From NCBI GenBank assembly GCA_047605605.1, contig JASGFG010000005.1, positions 3,633 to 67,632 on the forward strand: a DNA stretch of 64,000 bases, given 5' to 3'. The position numbers and the translations under genes are program-made. The notes beneath the pieces are model-generated. The model searched no databases. It saw nothing but the letters and a program-made list of their open reading frames with translations, and was not told where the DNA came from. Positions within the stretch are counted from its first letter, which is position 1; every line of letters begins with the position of its first letter. Shown piece by piece: positions 51,996 through 58,941 of this stretch. This DNA is from Paracoccaceae bacterium (lineage in GTDB: Bacteria; Pseudomonadota; Alphaproteobacteria; Rhodobacterales; Rhodobacteraceae).

Positions 51996-53746
51996 TGCGT
52001 CAGCCTCAACTGGCTGATGTTGGACGCGATGGTCTTGAAGTCAGAGCTGATCGTTCCGTTCGTCGACTGGAAGTAGTTCGCCGACGATTTCGACGTATCG
52101 GTGCCGTTGGCGGTATCCGACGCCTTTTCGATCAGCGACTGCGCGCATTTCGCGATCTGCGTCTGCCCGTTCGTCGGCGCCTCGAAGGCGATGCCGAAGA
52201 TGATGACGTTCTTGCCCTTCGCCAGCGTGCAGATCGACTGAAGCTGGGTGTCCATCGCGGTGGTGTCGGTCTGGGTGCGGAAGGCCGCCATCTGGCTGTT
52301 GTAATAGCTGGTCCGCGTCGAGGAGCTCGTGCCGAGCGCGCGGGCATAGAACTGCCATGCGACATAAGAGGTACGCATGCTGGTCCACACTTCCTGCCAT
52401 TTCATCTGGGTAGGAGTGGTTCCCGCGTTGTAGGCGGCCGCCACCCAGGTGCCGGTATCGGGGCGCCAGTATTTGCTCGTGCCCGATTTCGACGAGTGGT
52501 AGATCGAATAATAGGTCGTGCCGCTTTTGGTCGATTTGTAGATCGGCGAAAGCTGCGAGCCGCGATAGCCGTCGTTCATCCGCTCTTCGGCAAAGTTCTC
52601 GCCGTCGGTCATCAGGACGATCACCTTCATCGCCTCGGGGTCGTCATAGTCGAACGGCCGGCCGGTGAATGCGGCGGGGATCTTGCCCGCGTTCAGCAGT
52701 TGCGTGAACATCGTGCGCGAGCCGGGGTCGAGCAGCGCGAGGCCCCATTTGATCCCGGCGTTGATCGAGGTCGCGCCGATGGCGGACAGGCCGTCGATCT
52801 GCGATTGCATGGTGGTGATGCTGTTGTTCGGCAGCCGGACCTGGTTGCCCGCAATCGCCGGGCACCAGTAGTTGGCCGAGGCGGGCGTCGCAGAGCTGGT
52901 GTCGGTGGCCGCGACGAAAGAGGTGCTCTGGCTGGTCGAAGAATAGGTGTCCGCATAGGCCGTCTGCGGCAGCCCCGTCCCGGTCGAAAGCGAGGCGGAA
53001 CTGAACACGCTGGACGGCAGGTCGAAACAGTTGGAGTTGGTGGTGCCGTTCGCGCCCGAGGTGCCGTCCGAGTTCGCCTTGACGGTGTATTTCGCGAACA
53101 GGTCCGAGTTCAGGTTGATCTGCCCGTTATAGGGCACGATGGCGACCGACACGCGGCTTTCGGTGTCCTTGCTCAGCACGTCGCTGACGAACTGTTTCGC
53201 CGCGGTCTTGAGGTTGGCGATCTTTGTGCCCGCCATCGAGCCGGACACGTCCAGCACCATCGCGATCTCGACGTTGGTGATGCGCTGTTCGGCGACGCTG
53301 GCCGCAGGCACGTCCAGCGTGTCATAGCCCATCATCCGCATGAAGAAGGTCGGCTGCACCCGCTCGGCCTCAACCGTCACGCGGGTATAGTTCAGCGCGC
53401 TTTCGGGATAGACCTTGGTCAGGTATTGCAGCTTGTTGTCCTTGTCGAAATAGTCCTCGACGACATCTTCGGCTTCCAGCTTCTGGCTCCACGCCGCAGC
53501 GGCCAGCGCGCTGGTATCCGCCGTCTGCTGGAGAGAGGTGCGCGTGTATTCATAGCGCATCAGATCGACCGCGAGGCCGCCCATCAGCACCATGAAGAAG
53601 AACATCGTCAGGCTGAGCCAGCCCAGACCGCCCACGCCCCCGTCCTGATCCTGCGCAAACTTTCGGGCCCGGCGTGGCGCCTTGCCCTTCTTGTCGGTCA
53701 GCGGCAGCCCCTCCGCGTATTTACCTTCAACATTCACTCGTTTCAT
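51992..53746 (-). CDS. TadG-like pilus assembly protein with von Willebrand factor A domain
   Basis: N-terminal transmembrane helix plus MRYEYTRTSLQQTADTSALAAA (Tad N-terminal-like), and a VWA MIDAS motif (VLDVSGSMAG). Start at MKRVNVEG with an AGGGGA Shine-Dalgarno. Confidence 0.75.
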   Translation of the reverse strand: MKRVNVEGKYAEGLPLTDKKGKAPRRARKFAQDQDGGVGGLGWLSLTMFFFMVLMGGLAVDLMRYEYTRTSLQQTADTSALAAAAWSQKLEAEDVVEDYFDKDNKLQYLTKVYPESALNYTRVTVEAERVQPTFFMRMMGYDTLDVPAASVAEQRITNVEIAMVLDVSGSMAGTKIANLKTAAKQFVSDVLSKDTESRVSVAIVPYNGQINLNSDLFAKYTVKANSDGTSGANGTTNSNCFDLPSSVFSSASLSTGTGLPQTAYADTYSSTSQSTSFVAATDTSSATPASANYWCPAIAGNQVRLPNNSITTMQSQIDGLSAIGATSINAGIKWGLALLDPGSRTMFTQLLNAGKIPAAFTGRPFDYDDPEAMKVIVLMTDGENFAEERMNDGYRGSQLSPIYKSTKSGTTYYSIYHSSKSGTSKYWRPDTGTWVAAAYNAGTTPTQMKWQEVWTSMRTSYVAWQFYARALGTSSSTRTSYYNSQMAAFRTQTDTTAMDTQLQSICTLAKGKNVIIFGIAFEAPTNGQTQIAKCAQSLIEKASDTANGTDTSKSSANYFQSTNGTISSDFKTIASNISQLRLTQ

Positions 53747-54120
53747 GGCCTGTCCCCTGAAGCGGGCAACGGATTGACCGCACCCACGCCGAACTTTTGC
53801 ATGTTGCAGGTAGGGCGCGGGTTGGGGCGAAATTGTGGCAAATCCGGGCAGCCTGCCGGAAACGTCACGCAAAATCCGACAGCGGGCGAAACACTGACGC
53901 CGCGCGGGGGCATTTGTCTGTCGCAATGGAACAGTCGGGCCGCAGTTTCACGCCTTGGATGTCATGCCAACACCACGAAAAGCGTTAAAATGCGAATCAA
54001 CTCGCGCGGGCCGGCATCCTTCTGCAAACCGGGATTTTACGGGTGGCGGTTTCATGCCGGGCGGGGATAGGGTGAAGCCGGGCGCCCGCATTTCGCGCCC
54101 GAAGGCCAGGGAGGAATGGC

Positions 54121-55551
54121 ATGAGTGTCGCAGGTGAGCCGAGTTTCCGTGAATCCGTCGATCTGATGTTCAACCGGGCGGCGGCTCTGATGAACCTCAG
54201 CCCGGGGCTTGAGCAGAAGATACGCGTCTGCAACTCAACCTATACGGTTCGATTTGGAGTAAGACTTCGCGGCAAGATTGAGACCTTCGTGGGGTATCGT
54301 TCTGTTCATTCCGAACATATGGAGCCGGTCAAGGGCGGCATCCGCTATGCGATGAACGTCAACCAGGACGAGGTCGAGGCGCTGGCTGCGCTGATGACCT
54401 ATAAATGCGCGCTGGTGGAAACGCCTTTTGGCGGGTCCAAGGGCGGGCTGTGCATCGACCCCCGCGCATGGGAGGCGCACGAGCTGGAACAGATCACCCG
54501 GCGGTTCGCCTATGAGCTGATCAAGCGCGACCTGATACACCCGGCGCAGAACGTGCCCGCCCCCGACATGGGCACGGGCGAGCGCGAGATGGCGTGGATC
54601 GTCGACCAATACGCCCGGATGAACACCACCGACATCAACGCCAAGGCCTGCGTCACGGGCAAGCCGCTGAACTCGGGCGGGATCCGGGGCCGGGTCGAGG
54701 CGACGGGCCGGGGCGTGCAGTATGCCCTGCGCGAGTTCTTCCGCAACAAGGAGGATGTGGCGCTGGCCCGCCTGTCCGGCACGCTGGACGGCAAGACCGC
54801 CGTGGTGCAGGGGCTGGGCAATGTCGGCTATCACGCCGCCAAGTTCCTGTCGGAAGAGGACGGGGTGAAGATCGTCGCCGTGATCGAGCGCGACGGCGCG
54901 GTGGTGGATGCCTCGGGCCTGAACATTGAGGAGCTGAAGGTCTGGGTCGATGCCAACCACGGCGTCAAGGGCTTTCCCGGCGCGCAATTCGTGGAAAACG
55001 GCGCATCCGTTCTGGAACAGGACTGCGACATCCTGATCCCGGCGGCGATGGAGGGCGTGATCCACAAGGGCAATGCCGACCGGATCAAGGCGCCGCTGAT
55101 CATCGAGGCGGCGAACGGCCCCATCACCTTTGGCGCGGATGAAATCCTGCGGGCCAAGGGCGTGGTGATCATCCCCGACATGTATGCCAACGCCGGCGGC
55201 GTGACGGTCTCTTACTTTGAATGGGTCAAGAACCTGTCACACATCCGGTTCGGCCGGATGCAGCGCCGCGCCGAGGAGGCGCGCTCGCGCCTTCTGGTCG
55301 AGGAGCTGGAACGCCTGTCCAACGACAAGGGCCTTGGCTGGGAGCTGAAGCCGAACTTCAAGGACAAGTTCCTGACCGGCTCGGACGAACTGGCTCTGGT
55401 GCGGTCGGGTCTGGATGACACGATGCGGACGGCTTACCAGTCGATGCGCGAGGTCTGGCATGGTCGCAACGACGTGACCGACCTGCGGGTGGCTGCCTAT
55501 ATCGTCGCCATTTCCCGCGTGGCCGATACCTATCGGTCCAAGGGGCTGTGA
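54121..55551 (+). CDS. gdh: Glu/Leu/Phe/Val dehydrogenase family protein (likely glutamate dehydrogenase)
   Basis: Catalytic FGGSKGG motif and Rossmann VQGLGNVG. 476 aa. Confidence 0.85.
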   Translation: MSVAGEPSFRESVDLMFNRAAALMNLSPGLEQKIRVCNSTYTVRFGVRLRGKIETFVGYRSVHSEHMEPVKGGIRYAMNVNQDEVEALAALMTYKCALVETPFGGSKGGLCIDPRAWEAHELEQITRRFAYELIKRDLIHPAQNVPAPDMGTGEREMAWIVDQYARMNTTDINAKACVTGKPLNSGGIRGRVEATGRGVQYALREFFRNKEDVALARLSGTLDGKTAVVQGLGNVGYHAAKFLSEEDGVKIVAVIERDGAVVDASGLNIEELKVWVDANHGVKGFPGAQFVENGASVLEQDCDILIPAAMEGVIHKGNADRIKAPLIIEAANGPITFGADEILRAKGVVIIPDMYANAGGVTVSYFEWVKNLSHIRFGRMQRRAEEARSRLLVEELERLSNDKGLGWELKPNFKDKFLTGSDELALVRSGLDDTMRTAYQSMREVWHGRNDVTDLRVAAYIVAISRVADTYRSKGL

Positions 55552-55557
55552 CAGGGC

Positions 55558-55590
55558 GGCGCGGCGGGCTTGCCTTTGGCCCGCCGCGCC
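55558..55590 (+). terminator. GC hairpin after gdh
   Basis: Perfect 12-bp stem GGCGCGGCGGGC-TTGCCTTTG-GCCCGCCGCGCC starting 7 nt after the stop. No T-tract. Confidence 0.45.
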
Positions 55591-55653
55591 CCAGATGCGT
55601 TGGGAAACCTCTAGGCGCGCCTGGCGGCGTGCCCCATCCGCAGGGAGCATCCG

Positions 55654-56223
55654 ATGGCAAAGACTGCAAAGAAATCCGCGTCCGACAAAACTCCGGCTGC
55701 GAAATCCGCGCCGTCGCCCGCGCGGGGGCGACTGACCACGCCGACCGATCTGGGCGACAATGCGGTCAAGGACATCTCCGCCGTTCTGAACCGGCTGCTG
55801 GCCGACAGCTATGCGCTGTATTTCAAGACCAAGAATTTCCACTGGCACATGTCGGGGCCGCATTTCCGCGACTATCACCTGATGATGGACGACCATGCGG
55901 CCGACATCCTGGGTGCGACCGACGACATCGCCGAACGCGTGCGCAAGATCGGCGGCCAGACGCTGAAATCGGTCAACCAGGTCGCGAAGATGACCACTGT
56001 GAAACCGAACGAGGCCGATTATGTCGAGCCTTCGGACATGCTGGCCGAGTTGATGGAGGACAACAAGGCCTATGTCGTGGCGCTGCGCGAGGCGCATACG
56101 GTGGCTGACGACCACGAGGATGTCGCCACCGCCAGCCTGATCGAGAACTGGATCGACGCGACCGAGCGGAGGGTGTGGTTCCTGTATGAGACTTTGCGCC
56201 CGGCCATGACCTCGGGGCACTGA
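55654..56223 (+). CDS. dps: Dps family DNA-protection/ferroxidase protein
   Basis: [27 protein letters not shown] ferroxidase-site region, preceded by a Lys/Ala-rich N-terminal tail. Confidence 0.9.
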   Translation: MAKTAKKSASDKTPAAKSAPSPARGRLTTPTDLGDNAVKDISAVLNRLLADSYALYFKTKNFHWHMSGPHFRDYHLMMDDHAADILGATDDIAERVRKIGGQTLKSVNQVAKMTTVKPNEADYVEPSDMLAELMEDNKAYVVALREAHTVADDHEDVATASLIENWIDATERRVWFLYETLRPAMTSGH

Positions 56224-56237
56224 GGGGCGGCCGGGCA

Positions 56238-56314
56238 GGGGGGCGCTCGCGCCCCCCTCTTGGGCTGCGCCCAATTCACCCCCCTGAGGATATTTATGCA
56301 GAGAGGATGGGGGG
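56238..56314 (+). repeat. intergenic repeat, subfamily 2, copy G
   Basis: Reads GGGGGGCG-CTC-GCGCCCCCC-TCTTGG...CCAATTCACCCCCCTGAGGATATTTATGCAGAGAGGATGGGGGG. Closely matches the reverse complement of 62417..62490. Confidence 0.85.
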
Positions 56315-56384
56315 TAGAAGCAGGGCTGGCGTAGAGGTCCGCCTTGCGCCATCGGGGCCGTGCCCGGGGGGGGGATCGACGGAA

Positions 56385-56834
56385 ATGCCGGACTGGATCG
56401 CCGTGGCTTCGGCCGATCATGTCGTGCTCGGGCGCGCGGGCGGGTTCATGCAGGTGAACCACGGCAAGGCGGCGCCGCTGCGCCGGATCGCGCCGGGGGA
56501 CCGGATTGCCTATTATTCCTCGGTGCAGACCTATGGCACCAATACACCCTTGCGCGCCTTTACTGCCATCGGCCGGGTAAGGCAGGGCGAGGTCTATCAG
56601 GGCGTCATGGCGTCGGGATCCACCGCGTTCCGGCGGGATGTCGACTGGTTCGACGCGAATCCTGCGCCGATCCATCCGCTGCTGGACCGGTTGGAGCTGA
56701 CAGCGGGGCGGCGGAACTGGGGCTATGCCTTCCGTTTTGGTCTGGTTCGGGTTTCCGAGGCCGACATGGATGTCATCGCCGCAGCGATGGGGTGCCCGAT
56801 CGGGGGGGCCGGGACCCCGGTCGCGGGCAGTTGA
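56385..56834 (+). CDS. EVE (PUA-like) domain-containing protein
   Basis: The sequence [42 protein letters not shown]... is EVE/ASCH-like. The family call is from memory. Confidence 0.6.
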   Translation: MPDWIAVASADHVVLGRAGGFMQVNHGKAAPLRRIAPGDRIAYYSSVQTYGTNTPLRAFTAIGRVRQGEVYQGVMASGSTAFRRDVDWFDANPAPIHPLLDRLELTAGRRNWGYAFRFGLVRVSEADMDVIAAAMGCPIGGAGTPVAGS

Positions 56835-56974
56835 TCGGGAAAGCGACGGAATTTCCGCCATGATGCTGCGCGCGCGACACCTGATGTCGCAGGCAGGCAA
56901 GGCCCGTCGCAGAGGGCATTGAACATCCGCCCGGTTCCGGCTTTGATCACCGGCGACACGAAGGGGCGGTCCAC

Positions 56975-58225
56975 ATGCGCTATTCCGGCTGGAAAGTCAT
57001 CACCGAGGCGTTTCGCGGCAACAAGGGCTGGGGCCCCGCCTGGCGCAGCCCGGCGCCCAAGGCCGAATACGATGCGATCGTCATCGGCGGCGGCGGGCAC
57101 GGGCTGTCCACCGCCTATTACCTGGCCAGGAACCACGGGATGACCAACATCGCTGTGCTGGAAAAGGGCTATCTGGGCGGCGGCAACGTCGGGCGCAACA
57201 CCACCATCGTGCGGGCGAACTATTTCCTGCCGGGAAATTCCGAGTTCTATTCCCACAGCCTGAAACTGTGGGAGGGGCTGGAGGCCGAACTCAACTACAA
57301 CGTCATGCACAGCCAGCGCGGGCTGATCAACCTGTTCCATTCGGACGGGCAGCGCGATGCCTTTGCCCGGCGCGGCAATGCGATGATCAACCAGGGCGAC
57401 GATGCGGTGCTGCTGGACCGGGACGGCGTGCGCGACCTGCTGCCTTACCTCGACTTTGAACAGACCCGGTTCCCGATCTATGGCGGGCTGCTGCATCCGC
57501 GTGGTGGCACGGCACGGCATGATGCGGTGGCCTGGGGCTATGCCCGCGGCGCCGACCAGCGCGGCGTCGACCTGATCCAGAACTGCGAGGTGACGGGCAT
57601 CGACATCGAGAACGGCCGCGTCACCGGCGTGCAGACCACCCGCGGCGCGATCCGGGCGAAAAAGGTCGGCATCGTCGTCGCCGGCCGGTCGGGGCAGGTG
57701 GCGGCGATGGCCGGGATGCGCCTGCCGATCGAAAGCCATATCCTTCAGGCCTTCGTCTCCGAGGGGCTGAAGCCTTGCATCGACCATGTGATCAGCTTTG
57801 GCATGGGGCATTTCTACATCAGCCAGTCCGACAAGGGCGGTCTGGTGTTCGGGGGCGATCTGGACTTCTACGCCAGCTATGCGCAGCGGGGGAACCTGCC
57901 CATGGTCGAACATGTGATGGAGGCGGGCATGACCCTGATGCCGATGATCGGCCGCGCCAAGGTCTTGCGCAGCTGGGGCGGCATCATGGACATGTCGCCC
58001 GACGGCAGCCCCATCATCGACAAGACCCATGTGGACGGGCTGTTCATCGACTGCGGCTGGAACTACGGCGGATTCAAGGCCGTGCCGGCATCCGGCTGGT
58101 GCATGGCGCATCTGATGGCCACCGGCCAAAGCCACGAGGTCGCCCGCCGCTTCCGCCTTGACCGTTTCGCCACCGGCCACCTCATCGACGAGGAAGGCAC
58201 CGGCTCGCAGCACAACCTGCACTGA
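56975..58225 (+). CDS. soxB: sarcosine oxidase subunit beta
   Basis: FAD motif IVIGGGGHGLSTAYYLA and SoxB-type length. Followed by soxD, soxA and soxG. Confidence 0.9.
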   Translation: MRYSGWKVITEAFRGNKGWGPAWRSPAPKAEYDAIVIGGGGHGLSTAYYLARNHGMTNIAVLEKGYLGGGNVGRNTTIVRANYFLPGNSEFYSHSLKLWEGLEAELNYNVMHSQRGLINLFHSDGQRDAFARRGNAMINQGDDAVLLDRDGVRDLLPYLDFEQTRFPIYGGLLHPRGGTARHDAVAWGYARGADQRGVDLIQNCEVTGIDIENGRVTGVQTTRGAIRAKKVGIVVAGRSGQVAAMAGMRLPIESHILQAFVSEGLKPCIDHVISFGMGHFYISQSDKGGLVFGGDLDFYASYAQRGNLPMVEHVMEAGMTLMPMIGRAKVLRSWGGIMDMSPDGSPIIDKTHVDGLFIDCGWNYGGFKAVPASGWCMAHLMATGQSHEVARRFRLDRFATGHLIDEEGTGSQHNLH

Positions 58226-58229
58226 TCCC

Positions 58230-58568
58230 ATGCACACCGCCCGCCTTGTCGCCCTGATCCTTGCCATTGCCCCGACCCTTGCCGCAGCGGGGGATGCGGA
58301 CATGCTGGCCAGGGCGGCCGAGGATGGTGTGCACCTGCCGCAGGATCTGAAGCAGCTGCGCATCATCGCGCTGATCCGCGACGGCGGTGATCTGCTGTTC
58401 GACGCGATTCCCGCCGCGGGCGGCCCGTCGCCCGACCCGGCCACCGCCCAGACCTTTGCCTGCGCCACGCCCGAAATCGCCGCCGTCATCGCCGCCGGCG
58501 GCCGGGTCGAGGTCACGCTGCTTGGCCAACCCTTTGCCCGGATCGACAGATGCCCGCCCGCGCCATGA
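58230..58568 (+). CDS. hypothetical secreted protein inserted between soxB and soxD
   Basis: 112 aa with signal peptide MHTARLVALILAIAPTLAAAG. Third-position G/C usage looks like the host genes. No recognisable domain. Confidence 0.55.
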   Translation: MHTARLVALILAIAPTLAAAGDADMLARAAEDGVHLPQDLKQLRIIALIRDGGDLLFDAIPAAGGPSPDPATAQTFACATPEIAAVIAAGGRVEVTLLGQPFARIDRCPPAP

Positions 58569-58582
58569 CCCTTTCCTCCCGA

Positions 58583-58646
58583 CCCCCCTCTTTCTGGATG
58601 AAAATATCCCGGGGTGAGGCCCGCATGGGCCGAGGGGCAGCGCCCC
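58583..58646 (-). repeat. intergenic hairpin-ATATTT-purine repeat, copy F
   Basis: The minus strand reads GGGGCGCTGCCCC...CACCCCGGGATATTTTCATCCAGAAAGAGGGGGG. Confidence 0.8.
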
Positions 58647-58677
58647 TTTCTTCCCCCGCCCGAACCGGAGCATCGAC

Positions 58678-58941
58678 ATGCGCCTGACCTGCCCCCTCTG
58701 CGGCCCCCGCGACCGGCGCGAGTTCTATTACTATGGCGCCGAGGATTATCTCCACCGCCCCGCGCCCGACGCCCCCGCGGGGGACTGGGACGATTACCTG
58801 CATCTGCGCGACAACCCGGCGGGCGTGACGCGCGACCTGTGGTATCACGACCAGGGCTGCACCTCGTGGCTGCTGGTCACGCGCAACACGGTCACGCATG
58901 AAATCCTCGACGTGAAACTGGTGGCGGAGGCGGTCGAATGA
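58678..58941 (+). CDS. soxD: sarcosine oxidase subunit delta
   Basis: Starts MRLTCPLCGPRDRREFYYYG. 87 aa. Typical SoxD. Confidence 0.9.
   Translation: MRLTCPLCGPRDRREFYYYGAEDYLHRPAPDAPAGDWDDYLHLRDNPAGVTRDLWYHDQGCTSWLLVTRNTVTHEILDVKLVAEAVE

Noticed and set aside
53826-53846. A sigma-54 promoter (TGGCAAATCCGGGCA) in the TadG/gdh divergent region.
   Set aside because: The GG-to-GC spacing is one nucleotide short of the TGGCAC-N5-TTGCA consensus and the -12 element is weak. I could not support it.
51995-54070. A 691-aa plus-strand ORF, plus 56723..58516 minus (597 aa) and 48021..49025 plus (334 aa).
   Set aside because: These are antisense to the TadG-like gene, soxB and glpX respectively. They have Arg/Gly/His-rich composition and no motifs.
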